Below are positions 9,026 to 18,406 of a DNA stretch of 32,000 nt, piece after piece; the stretch's first letter is position 1; each line of letters starts with the position of its first letter. A program made the position numbers and the translations under genes. The notes beneath the pieces are model-generated. The model searched no databases, was not told the DNA's origin, and was given only the letters and a program-made list of their open reading frames with translations. The stretch is from positions 1 through 32,000 of the forward strand of contig NZ_QLIR01000005.1 of the NCBI RefSeq assembly GCF_003428155.1, written 5' to 3'. The stretch comes from Fastidiosibacter lacustris (GTDB lineage: Bacteria > Pseudomonadota > Gammaproteobacteria > Francisellales > Francisellaceae).

Positions 9026-10412
9026 TAATGTATTGTGTTAATAATGGTACTGGACGACCAGTTGCAGTTGCTTTTTCAAAACCTTTCATCGCACTGCCGG
9101 CGACATCTAAATGTGCCCATGTATAATTTTCGGTAAAGCGAGACAAGAATAAGGCAGCAGTAATACTGCCAGCGGCTGCTCCCCCAATATTATTCATATC
9201 TGCCACATCACTTTTCAAATGTTCATGGTAAGGTTCATACAAGGGTAAATGCCAAGCTGGATCATAGCTTTCTTGTGAAGCAATTTTAAGATCATTGACT
9301 AAAGCATCATTATTACCAAATAAGCCTGTTAAATCACCGCCTAATGATACAATCATCGCTCCAGTTAAAGTAGCAATGTCAATGACGACTTTTGGATTGT
9401 AACGTTCAATATAAGTCAAAGCGTCACATAGCGCTAAACGACCTTCAGCATCAGTGTTACCAATTTCAATTGTAATGCCTTTCATACTGGTTAAGACATC
9501 ACCTGGACGATATGATTTACCATCAATTGAATTTTCAACTAATGCCACAACACCAATAACATTAATTGGTAGATTTAGCTCAGTAATGGTTTTCATTGTG
9601 CCAAATACAGAGGCCGCTCCACCCATGTCCATTTTCATACTACCCATGCCTTGCCATGGCTTAAGACATATCCCACCTGTGTCAAAGACTAGTCCTTTAC
9701 CAACAAGTACAATGGGCTTATCATCTTTATTACCACCATAATACTCCATACAAGCAATATAAGTTGGCATCTTTGAGCCTTGACCTACTGCGGTAATACA
9801 GCCCATGCTAAGCTTAAGCATTTGATCTTCACCAATGTAATGAAGGCTACATTTGTTGTGTGCATCGGTGAGTTTTTTTGCCTCATTGAGTAAGTAGTCT
9901 GTGGTGCAGATATTAGCAGGCAAGTTTTTTAAGTCTTTGGCATAGTTTTGACCATTGGCAATGGCTTGCGCAATTTTAATATCATGTTTGGTTTCTTCAA
10001 TCGCATAAGTTGTAATATCAATTTGTTTCAGTTTAAAAGTTTCTTTTTCCGACTTTAACTGATCAAAAACATAAGCTGTATTTAAAAATGACTCAACAAA
10101 TAGGCGACTATGATGATCTCCCAAAAGTGTACTATCAATAGAAAAGGAATCAATATTCAGCGATTTAAGTTGAGTGTAAAGCGCACCGATAGCTTTGCGA
10201 ATCGTGCTTATATTGAGCTTGTCTTTTTTGCCTAAACCAATCGCAATGTAAGCTTTTCCATTACTTAACACAAAATAACTGCTTGCATTTTTTGCCTTGA
10301 AAAGCCCCTTCTCTTGTGCTTTTTGAATAGCATCAATGTTGCTTTGTGTATCTTCAAATATAAATACAGCTTCTGTTGTTAAGTTGCTGCTAGTAACTGC
10401 ATAAATGTGCAT
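9009..10412 (-). CDS. pepA: Leucyl/cytosol aminopeptidase, M17 family
   Basis: GKGLVFDTGGICLKPWQGMGSMKMDMGGAASV and IEIGNTDAEGRLALCDALTY: M17 metal-binding/active-site motifs. Confidence 0.9.
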   Translation of the reverse strand: MHIYAVTSSNLTTEAVFIFEDTQSNIDAIQKAQEKGLFKAKNASSYFVLSNGKAYIAIGLGKKDKLNISTIRKAIGALYTQLKSLNIDSFSIDSTLLGDHHSRLFVESFLNTAYVFDQLKSEKETFKLKQIDITTYAIEETKHDIKIAQAIANGQNYAKDLKNLPANICTTDYLLNEAKKLTDAHNKCSLHYIGEDQMLKLSMGCITAVGQGSKMPTYIACMEYYGGNKDDKPIVLVGKGLVFDTGGICLKPWQGMGSMKMDMGGAASVFGTMKTITELNLPINVIGVVALVENSIDGKSYRPGDVLTSMKGITIEIGNTDAEGRLALCDALTYIERYNPKVVIDIATLTGAMIVSLGGDLTGLFGNNDALVNDLKIASQESYDPAWHLPLYEPYHEHLKSDVADMNNIGGAAAGSITAALFLSRFTENYTWAHLDVAGSAMKGFEKATATGRPVPLLTQYIINQTK

Positions 10413-10542
10413 AGATTTCCCTTAATTGATTTGTTTTAAATTTTGTTAAAGTGATTTTAGGCAAACTCTAAGTTGTTCAAGTGGTATAAGTTTCGCATAT
10501 TTTATGCAAAGTTTTCAAATTCACACAGATGCACTAAAATCA

Positions 10543-11064
10543 TTAAAATTCATAAGTTACACCAAAGGTATAGGCATCAGCAAAAGGTTGTTCTCCGCGA
10601 TTGTAAAGAAAATAGCGACTGCTTTGAAAGAAGACATTAAATCCAAGTATTTGGTATCCGATACCAATAGCAACAGCAGGGCGCCATAATGTATTAGGAA
10701 AGGCGCTTTCATTAACACCATTAATGCGGTTATATGCATAACCTAATTTAGCAGTCAAGTTTAGTCCTAGTGGTAGGTTTAGGTTAGCAGTTGCATAAAA
10801 TGGGATTGTCATTAAATTGCCGGTTTGACCGTTTTGTTTAACCATGCTGTTGAGGTAGTTAAATTCGGTTTCAATTCCTAATTTTAACAATGGGAAAATA
10901 GGAAATTGATAACCCAATAAAACACCTGTTGTAGCATTATTATCTGCCTTAAGTTCACTAGATGAATGACTTATACCAACTTGCGTTCCAACATAAAGCC
11001 CCGCATGTGCGCTTGTGAGTAAAACTCCAGAAATCGCACTTATTAGTATTATTTTTTTAAACAT
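10543..11064 (-). CDS. Outer-membrane beta-barrel protein (opacity/OmpA-barrel-like)
   Basis: Signal peptide (MFKKIILISAISGVLLTSAHA) followed by GLYVGTQVGISHSS..., alternating amphipathic strands and a terminal aromatic (GVTYEF). Confidence 0.75.
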   Translation of the reverse strand: MFKKIILISAISGVLLTSAHAGLYVGTQVGISHSSSELKADNNATTGVLLGYQFPIFPLLKLGIETEFNYLNSMVKQNGQTGNLMTIPFYATANLNLPLGLNLTAKLGYAYNRINGVNESAFPNTLWRPAVAIGIGYQILGFNVFFQSSRYFLYNRGEQPFADAYTFGVTYEF

Positions 11065-11227
11065 TTTTAGCTCTTTTAAACAATTAGGAAGGAGTATTTT
11101 TGTATTATAAAGTGGTTTTAGGTGTAAAAATAGTGTGTGAAACCTAAAAATAAAGAGATACTAACTCACAAACATGAAATTAAAGTATAATCTCCTCACT
11201 CCATGAGTTTAATAAAATTAAATAAAG

Positions 11228-12802
11228 ATGCTTGATGAAATAGATGTAATAGTGATAGGCGCTGGAACTGCTGGACTTACTGCTGCTCTTAATTTGGCAG
11301 ATAGCTGTAAAGTCGCTATTTTGTGTAAATCCGCACTAGGTGATGGTTCAAGCCTATACGCGCAAGGTGGAATTGCAGCTGTAATGGACAAAGGTGATTC
11401 GCTAGAGTCTCATATTCAAGATACGCTTATTGCAGGTGATAGTTTGTGCGATAAAGAAGCTGTACGTTTTACGGTTGAAAATGCCAAAAGCTGTGTTGAG
11501 TGGTTAATTAATCAAGGGGTTAACTTTACCTTAGATAGTAAACATGAGAATTATTACCATTTAACAATGGAGGGGGGGCATTCTTATCGACGCATTTTAC
11601 ATGCAGCAGATGCAACTGGAAAAGAAGTGCAAACAACCCTAACAACTTTGATCAAAAACAATAAAAATATCCAAGTCTTTGAATACTATAATGTTGTTGA
11701 TTTGATATTACAGCAGCAGCGTTGTGTTGGTGCCTATGCACTTAATTTAAAGACAAATAAAATAGAAACTTTTTCAGCGCGCGCGATTGTGCTTGCCTCA
11801 GGTGGTGCTTCACGCGTTTATCAATATTCCACTAATCCTGTGGTATCAAGTGGTGATGGTATTGCAATTGCTTATCGAGCAGGATGTAGAGTTGCTAATT
11901 TAGAGTTCAACCAATTCCACCCCACTTGTCTTTATCATCCCAAAGCAGGATCTTTTTTATTAAGTGAGGCATTAAGAGGTGAGGGGGCATATTTACGCTT
12001 ACCTAATGGTAAACGATTTATGCCTCAAATCGATGAGCGGGCTGAGCTTGCACCAAGAGATATTGTTGCTAGAGCAATAGACTTACAGATGAAAAAATAT
12101 GGTTTAGAATGTGTTTATTTAGACATTACACATAAATCACCAGAGTTTATCCAGACTCACTTCCCAATGATTTATGAAGAGCTTTTAAAATATGGTTTTG
12201 ATTTAACTAAAGATCAAATTCCTGTTGTACCTGCAGCACACTATACTTGTGGTGGGATAATGGTTGATAGTAAGGCGCGAACTGACATTGTAGGTCTATA
12301 TGCAGCAGGTGAGGTGACTTATACTGGGCTTCATGGTGCTAATCGCATGGCGAGTAATTCACTTCTTGAATGCTTAGTGTATGCCTTTGCAGCAGCAAAA
12401 GATATTAAACGTAAGCTTTTAGAATTTGATAAAATCATTAACTTACCTGCTTGGGATGATGCACTTGTTCAAGATTCAGATGAAGCAATCTTTATTCGTC
12501 ACAATTGGAAAGAAGTGCGTCGTTGTATGTGGGACTATGTTGGAATTGTGCGTAGTAATAAGCGCCTACAGCGAGCAATGAACCGGATTAAGCTATTACG
12601 TCAGGAAGTCTACGATTATTACTCAGACTTTACGGTTACTGCTGATTTGTTAGAGCTTAGAAATCTTGTGCTGGTTGCTGAGCTTATGATTGAGTCAGCA
12701 ATGCGTAGAAAAGAAAGTAGAGGTCTACACTACACCTTAGATTATAAACAAAAAGACCCAAGGTTCTTAAAGCCAACTATTTTGCATCCCGCCAAAAGTT
12801 AG
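11228..12802 (+). CDS. nadB: L-aspartate oxidase
   Basis: [19 protein letters not shown]..., [71 protein letters not shown]. Confidence 0.93.
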   Translation: MLDEIDVIVIGAGTAGLTAALNLADSCKVAILCKSALGDGSSLYAQGGIAAVMDKGDSLESHIQDTLIAGDSLCDKEAVRFTVENAKSCVEWLINQGVNFTLDSKHENYYHLTMEGGHSYRRILHAADATGKEVQTTLTTLIKNNKNIQVFEYYNVVDLILQQQRCVGAYALNLKTNKIETFSARAIVLASGGASRVYQYSTNPVVSSGDGIAIAYRAGCRVANLEFNQFHPTCLYHPKAGSFLLSEALRGEGAYLRLPNGKRFMPQIDERAELAPRDIVARAIDLQMKKYGLECVYLDITHKSPEFIQTHFPMIYEELLKYGFDLTKDQIPVVPAAHYTCGGIMVDSKARTDIVGLYAAGEVTYTGLHGANRMASNSLLECLVYAFAAAKDIKRKLLEFDKIINLPAWDDALVQDSDEAIFIRHNWKEVRRCMWDYVGIVRSNKRLQRAMNRIKLLRQEVYDYYSDFTVTADLLELRNLVLVAELMIESAMRRKESRGLHYTLDYKQKDPRFLKPTILHPAKS

Positions 12803-12959
12803 GATAGAAATTTATTTCAAAATTGTGCTTTTGAATCAAGTGCCATGCCTCACTATTTGGCGTTTTTTATTGCGTGTTACATGTGTTATTTGTACGCATT
12901 TAGTATGAGAAAAACAAAGAGTTAAGAGTCAAATAAAGTTAGACATGACAACAAAAACA

Positions 12960-13550
12960 TTATTGCTTTTTCGTTTGACCTATTTTACTTTCTGTACCAT
13001 CTATCAGACGTTTAATATTTTCATGATGGCGCACAAATACGATAATCGTAATCATTAAAAAAGGTAATGCACTGTTAAAGTTCATCATAAAGATGATGCA
13101 AATCGATGAGATGATTGTGGCAAGTAAAGCAGAAAGTGAGGAGTATTTGGTAATAAGCGCACATAATAGCCAAGCAGCTAAGAAAATTATCCCAATTATC
13201 CAATAAAAACCAAGCATTACACCGATTAAAGTGGCAACACCTTTGCCACCTTTAAAGCTAAAGAAAATCGGGAATATATGACCGATTACAGAGGCTAAGG
13301 CAACGTATCCAATTTCAGTGTTGCTTAACACAATAACATGGGCAATTATAACTGGAACAAAGCCTTTAATTGCATCTCCTAAAAGGGTAATTATTGCCGC
13401 TTTCTTACCGCCTAAACGCAAAACATTTGTCGTTCCTGGATTACCAGAACCAATTGTTCTAGGGGACGGAAGACCTAATAGTTTGCAGGTGAGAATGGCA
13501 CTATTTATAGAACCAAGAAGATAGCCAATAATAAGCATGACGATAAACAT
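12960..13550 (-). CDS. plsY: Glycerol-3-phosphate acyltransferase PlsY
   Basis: IIGYLLGSINSAILTCKLLGLPSPRTIGSGNPGTTNVLRLGGKKAAIITLLGDAIKG...HIFPIFFSFKGGKGVATLIG. Confidence 0.93.
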   Translation of the reverse strand: MFIVMLIIGYLLGSINSAILTCKLLGLPSPRTIGSGNPGTTNVLRLGGKKAAIITLLGDAIKGFVPVIIAHVIVLSNTEIGYVALASVIGHIFPIFFSFKGGKGVATLIGVMLGFYWIIGIIFLAAWLLCALITKYSSLSALLATIISSICIIFMMNFNSALPFLMITIIVFVRHHENIKRLIDGTESKIGQTKKQ

Positions 13551-13660
13551 AATTTAAGCCAATATCAGAGAGTTTTAAGTATAGGGAGTGTCTAAGCTTT
13601 TTATAATGAAGTCAAGTTTAAATCAGGGTTGTCTTATTAAAACTTAACTAGCTCCAAACC

Positions 13661-15919
13661 CTAAAGCGTGGGCTCAATATACGGTTCATTTATTTTACTT
13701 TCTAGAAAGATCAGTCTCGTGTTAAATGAGCTAGTTTTACCAAAATCACTCGACATTTGGATTTGTGTTTGCAAATCTCGTATTGCGTTTAAAAGATCCT
13801 TTTTATCCTCATTCGTCAGTTCATTTTTATTAAGAAAATTATTGTTGGTATTTTGCAAAAAATCTCGTCCAGTTTGCTTAAAATGAGAACCCCAACGCCA
13901 AGAACCTGTTACATAATCACCTATCACTGCTTGTGCAAGTTTAGCAGGGTTTAATTGAGTATAATTTCGCTTATAACGTGCTAACCTTTCTTCAGTTATT
14001 GTTTGCAATTTATCTAAACGACTCGCTATTTTACCACTATGAGCCTGAACTGCACTTGCCTTAGATTGCGAGATGTTATGATATTCGTTCGCAACGAAGT
14101 AATTAGTGTTAATACCTCCAACAGCCAAACCTTGTCCTGGAGCAGTATTACATTTTGGAGTTCCTGTATCCATACACGAAGGAATCATTCCTGCATTATA
14201 CGCATTACATTGATCATTAATCTTATGTATTGCAAGAGCAAATTCTTGCGCAGAACCACCCTTAACATATGTCGTTAATGCTTCCTTTATCTGCCCTCGA
14301 ATATCTGGTTGCAATGTAGCTTCTTTGAAAGCAAGTAGTAAATTGTTGATATTTTCTATATAGAAAAAACGTTCATTTGCACTCTTACAACCTTTTAAGT
14401 TATGGTTGTTCGTCGCTGCTAGAAATAAAGCTTGAGCTAAACTCCCATACTCTTTTTGATCATCAATAGCTGTGCCTTTATACTTATCAGCATATAATTT
14501 TAAAAAAGCTTTTTTAATTAAAGTAGCATTATCGTTGCTTGCTAAGACAAGGTTATGATCTTTGAATTGAGTGAAAAACTCTATTGCTTGGCGACCTTGA
14601 GGTGATGATGAAAAATACTCATCTCTGTTTGGAGTATCTAAATAAGCTGTGTAAAGCTTATTTATAGCATCATGCACACTAAGAGTGCTATTTTCGTAAT
14701 TCACTGAAAACCTTACATCTTGCGCTACTGTATTTAACATAGCTAAATCGGCAAGTAATAAAGCTTCTCGTTGTGACGTGCTACCATCATAGCGTAAGCG
14801 GTGTGTATGTTGATTGATCGGAAGATTCATCACATAAAACAAGGGTCTATTTTCACTCTGATTATTTCGGTTCGCATTATAAACGTGCATTGCCTTAAAA
14901 ATCTTTTTGGCCGCAGCTTCTTGACTATTTGAATCTATACCAACAGGAAGGGACGTCAATAAGTTATAAACTATAGGATCACTAAAATCTTGATTATCGA
15001 TAAAATCCCGAATTTGAGCATCAATTGGTCGAATATTCCGACCATTTTCGTCCTGAAAATCGTTGGCAATATTATCTCCTTTAGGAATTGTTAGAGATGG
15101 TACTCGAAACTGAGATTGAACTTTAATATCTTCTTTTAAATTATATTGATCAATCTGCATAAAGGCAGGAAGTTGCTCTTTTTTGCTATGTGAAGACTGG
15201 TCAGAGCCGCTAACATGGGTAAGTAATCCACTTAGAGAATTTGTTGAGACAAAGTCCATATTTGCAGCAGTATGTTTTTCCAAGATTTCTTTTCTTGCTT
15301 GTGCATTACGTAAAGGTGTTTGGTCAGAAACTAAATGACTCATTACCATGCTTTCTGCCACCGTTGCGTACTTAACTCGCTGCTTATCAATAAATTGATT
15401 TAAGGCTTGCAAATTACGTCGTTCTTGATTCAGATAGTTTGCCATATCTGCATTAATCAACTGATAAACGTGGTCGTAAGCAAATCTAAACGCTTGTTTG
15501 GCTTTCTCGTTATCTGCTGTCGATGCATTAGCAGAACGTAAAGTGTGAAAATACATTTCCTTATGGATGGGAATAACACTAAAACGGCAATCTGAATTAA
15601 TTAACGCTTTAAAATTTGAAAATAGTTCTTGTTCTGATAGCTTTAAACTCTTAAGTTCTCGTTTTAATTGGGTATAAAAACTGTGCATTCCACCAGTTAA
15701 ATCCTGCTTAACTAAATCAGTTGCTTGATGAAGGTCAAAAGCAATTAATACATCTTTGTTATTGAGTTTGCTTTCTGCTAACACTTGCCCTTGAAAATCA
15801 AAGTAACAACTTTGAACATCCGTACCTACGTTTACGTTACCCAATTTCTCACTAACTGCCTTTACTAATTTAATTGGGGAGTCGTTATCAGGTATATTTA
15901 AAAAATTAAATTTTGGCAT
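13661..15919 (-). CDS. Orphan 752-aa cytoplasmic-type protein with a CX5R phosphatase-like motif; candidate phosphoinositide/phospho-substrate phosphatase effector
   Basis: Continuous 752-aa ORF with no signal peptide. C511-K-S-A-N-E-R517 at 14369-14389, within GCKSANERFFYIENI, resembles the CKSGKDRT loop of SopB/IpgD-type enzymes. The rest of the protein is not recognised. Confidence 0.55.
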   Translation of the reverse strand: MPKFNFLNIPDNDSPIKLVKAVSEKLGNVNVGTDVQSCYFDFQGQVLAESKLNNKDVLIAFDLHQATDLVKQDLTGGMHSFYTQLKRELKSLKLSEQELFSNFKALINSDCRFSVIPIHKEMYFHTLRSANASTADNEKAKQAFRFAYDHVYQLINADMANYLNQERRNLQALNQFIDKQRVKYATVAESMVMSHLVSDQTPLRNAQARKEILEKHTAANMDFVSTNSLSGLLTHVSGSDQSSHSKKEQLPAFMQIDQYNLKEDIKVQSQFRVPSLTIPKGDNIANDFQDENGRNIRPIDAQIRDFIDNQDFSDPIVYNLLTSLPVGIDSNSQEAAAKKIFKAMHVYNANRNNQSENRPLFYVMNLPINQHTHRLRYDGSTSQREALLLADLAMLNTVAQDVRFSVNYENSTLSVHDAINKLYTAYLDTPNRDEYFSSSPQGRQAIEFFTQFKDHNLVLASNDNATLIKKAFLKLYADKYKGTAIDDQKEYGSLAQALFLAATNNHNLKGCKSANERFFYIENINNLLLAFKEATLQPDIRGQIKEALTTYVKGGSAQEFALAIHKINDQCNAYNAGMIPSCMDTGTPKCNTAPGQGLAVGGINTNYFVANEYHNISQSKASAVQAHSGKIASRLDKLQTITEERLARYKRNYTQLNPAKLAQAVIGDYVTGSWRWGSHFKQTGRDFLQNTNNNFLNKNELTNEDKKDLLNAIRDLQTQIQMSSDFGKTSSFNTRLIFLESKINEPYIEPTL

Positions 15920-16239
15920 AACCTTTCCTAAATATCTAGTATGTCAATAAATCTTATGGTTTCGAAATATAATTTCACTTTATTACCTATTAATATATTG
16001 TTAACATATTGACAAATTTTCTACAATGGAATGGGTAGATAAACAGACAAAATGATGAACATTGTTTCTTTATCCCTGTTATATCATCAATACCGATAGC
16101 TTTTATTTTATCTAACTGTTTTAGCGTATCTGCGTTAACTAAGATAATCAATATTATTAAATATTAATCCTTTATTTTCAGAAAATAATTTACCAATGTG
16201 ATATCTGGTTATGAGCTGGACTAAACAATTCATACGTTC

Positions 16240-16725
16240 TTTCTGAGGACAGTTTATTTATCCGCTACAATTTGGGAGTTTTCAGTTGACGATCAGTTAA
16301 AATTATGTTTTTATCCAATTTATGTAGTTTTTTGTTATTTAACAAGGAATGCGGATGAGAAACTATTGGCAGAGGAATTATTTAAACCACGTTGTCGTTC
16401 TGATATATGACTCGGATGTAACGAGCGCATCCCTGAAAAAAAATTTCATGTGACACTCGATAACTTGTTAGAAGTCATTAAAGTCATTAAAAATTCAGAT
16501 TATCTAGAACAATCCAGCATTAGTCGTTCATTCTATGAGTATTTGGAAACAAAGATGCCATATGAAATAGAAGTATTCTCTTCTCGGAGAGGGTGTCTGA
16601 AAATAATTGATAGTAAGCCTATTTTTAACCAAGCGATTATTTTTAAGCCTTCAGAAAAATCCTTGCATAAGATAGATAGATCAACATCAGATGCTGGCTA
16701 TGATATTTGGCATAGTTTGGAGTGA
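16240..16725 (+). pseudogene. Decayed ORF: an open frame interrupted by a TGA (~16408), with a 3' intact part of 91 aa (16450..16725)
   Basis: One frame reads ...ATIWEFSVDDQLKLCFYPIYVVFCYLTRNADEKLLAEELFKPRCRSDI*LGCNERIPEKKFHVTLDNLLEVIKVIKNSDYLEQSSISRSFYEYL...KPIFNQAIIFKPSEKSL. The layout weakly resembles a LysR-type effector-binding domain. Family and 5' boundary are uncertain. Confidence 0.35.
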
Positions 16726-16737
16726 CAGTCAAGACAA

Positions 16738-18042
16738 ATGCTGAAAACTTACTATCATACTATTCTGCGTTTAGGATTTCCCTTAACCTACGCGGGGGTG
16801 TTTTCATACGCTGCGGGCATGGTTGAAGTCATACTATTGGGGCGTTTATCCTTGGCATTGCTCGGAGTTCTTGCGCTATCAACAATGTTTATCAGTCTTA
16901 TCATGTCAGGGATGATGAGTCTTGTTACAGCCAATCAATCTGCTTTTGCTAGGCTTATATCAAGAAAGCGTGATCGTAGCATGCTTTCTGAGTTTTTTTT
17001 CTGTTCTATCCTCACATCTGCTGTGATTGCTGTTAGTGTGTTTTTGTGCTTTAGGATGGTGTTGTTTTTCATTGCTTTTCATTATCCAGCCAGCGACACT
17101 GGGAATATGAGCCTTATTCTTGATTATTTGAATATCGCTTCGTTTAGCATGTTGTTGGTGCCAGTGTTATTTTCCATTAAAGGCACACTCAACGGTAGAG
17201 GACTCACGCATCTTAGTTTCAGAATTTCGGCGATGGAGAATGTCATAAGAATAGCGCTACTTACAATTTTTTTGGGTTTATTAAGGGACTGTGTTATCGC
17301 CGATAATTCCCTGATAAGACTGCCCGCTTATGCCTTATTGGGAGGAGAAATCATTGGCGTACTATATGCCTTGGTTATCATCTGGTTTCATGATGTATCA
17401 TTACTAAAATTAAAAGTTAAATTCAGCACTTTTATCCTATATTGGCGTAAAGTCAGATCAATTATCGGCGTTTCGGCTGTTTATAATATGGTAGGTGCAT
17501 GCTCTTTGCTATACTTTATGTCAAAAATAGGTGATCTTAGCATGGTCTATCTGGGCATATTTAGAATAATATTAACCGCATTTAACTTTAATCGACTTAT
17601 ATTTTCGGGTATTACTCAAGCCAATGGCATCTACTCTGCGCAGATCATCAGTCATAAGGTAGAGAAAAGCGCACAAACCATTAGGGAAAACACCTATCAT
17701 ACACTGCTTTTTTCCTCGCTTTTTAGCATTATTATTGCTGGCATTTCCATTGCCATACTCTTAAAGACACAGACGCTCGATTTTAGCTTTGTAATCGTAT
17801 TAGCGTTTATTTTTGAAGGGATGTCATTAGTGTTATACCATGTATTGGTGCATTGTAGATTTGAAAAAGCCATCTCCATGATTGGAGCACTTTTGCATAT
17901 TTTATGCCTTATGATCCTTCCAACCGTTTGGGCATGGACCACTATGCAATTAGGAATAATTTTTTTGTTGTTCGAAATTATTATACTGCTATTCTATATC
18001 ACAAAATACCGACAGTTTATAAGTAACGTCAGTTCGGCATAA
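16738..18042 (+). CDS. MATE-family (MOP superfamily) efflux transporter
   Basis: 434 aa, about 12 hydrophobic segments. N-terminal ILRLGFPLTYAGVFSYAAGMVEVILLGRLSLALLGVLALSTMFISLIMSGMMSLV and LSILFSIKGTLNGRGLTHLSF-like region match MATE transporter architecture. Confidence 0.75.
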   Translation: MLKTYYHTILRLGFPLTYAGVFSYAAGMVEVILLGRLSLALLGVLALSTMFISLIMSGMMSLVTANQSAFARLISRKRDRSMLSEFFFCSILTSAVIAVSVFLCFRMVLFFIAFHYPASDTGNMSLILDYLNIASFSMLLVPVLFSIKGTLNGRGLTHLSFRISAMENVIRIALLTIFLGLLRDCVIADNSLIRLPAYALLGGEIIGVLYALVIIWFHDVSLLKLKVKFSTFILYWRKVRSIIGVSAVYNMVGACSLLYFMSKIGDLSMVYLGIFRIILTAFNFNRLIFSGITQANGIYSAQIISHKVEKSAQTIRENTYHTLLFSSLFSIIIAGISIAILLKTQTLDFSFVIVLAFIFEGMSLVLYHVLVHCRFEKAISMIGALLHILCLMILPTVWAWTTMQLGIIFLLFEIIILLFYITKYRQFISNVSSA

Positions 18043-18046
18043 ATGT

Positions 18047-18220
18047 TTACAATACGATCAATTCATTTGTCTTTTTAACCCGCAAACTTGGTTTCTTAGG
18101 TTGAAAGCAATAGGCGATCAAGCCACACAATAAATTTGTCATAAAACTCTAAATTGAGCGGTGTCTTGTATGTTCAATTTGACTGATATTTGTCAGTTGA
18201 TCATTGATGGATTCAATATT
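18047..18220 (-). pseudogene. C-terminal relic of an IS982-family-like transposase
   Basis: Minus strand reads [55 protein letters not shown]. It has an internal TAG and homology starts abruptly at IESINDQL, matching the conserved IS982 C-terminus. Confidence 0.65.
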
Positions 18221-18249
18221 GGCAGTTGAATGATAAAACACAGAGGAAC

Positions 18250-18345
18250 TATAGTCATTCCAATAAATATCCACATTATCCAACCTATACTCCAAAATGG
18301 TTATCATGAAATATATAGGATTGGTTATATACTGGAATGACTATA
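18250..18345. repeat. Perfect 13-bp inverted repeat (18250-18262 / 18333-18345)
   Basis: TATAGTCATTCCA at 18250-18262 and its reverse complement TGGAATGACTATA at 18333-18345, separated by 70 bp, next to the transposase relic. Confidence 0.7.
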
Positions 18346-18406
18346 AATTAATGACTAAATTTCGTTCTTTTATATCGAATTTGTATTATAAATTAGGAAA
18401 TGGATT

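Noticed and set aside
9454-9741. Plus-strand ORF of 95 aa within pepA
   Set aside because: Antisense shadow of the conserved M17 catalytic region with no protein-like features.
10504-10739. ORFs 10504..10689 (+) and 10557..10739 (-) around the beta-barrel gene
   Set aside because: Overlap the better supported outer-membrane protein in other frames. Low-complexity composition and no family resemblance.
12789-12890. CGCCAAA...TTTGGCG followed by T-run between nadB and plsY as a terminator
   Set aside because: The arms are only 7 bp and about 60 nt apart, so it is not convincing as an intrinsic terminator.
13318-13524. Plus-strand 68-aa ORF antisense to plsY
   Set aside because: Shadow ORF of a highly conserved gene.
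13668-14278. Plus-strand ORFs 13668..13886 and 14039..14278 antisense to the orphan 752-aa gene
   Set aside because: The minus-strand 752-aa ORF is long and continuous, and the short antisense ORFs show no family signature.
16475-16500. Short tandem GTCATTAAA GTCATTAAA
   Set aside because: Only two copies of a 9-mer encoding VIKVIK; consistent with chance in AT-rich DNA.
17697-17942. Minus-strand 81-aa ORF inside the MATE gene
   Set aside because: Antisense to a transporter ORF with clear TM periodicity.
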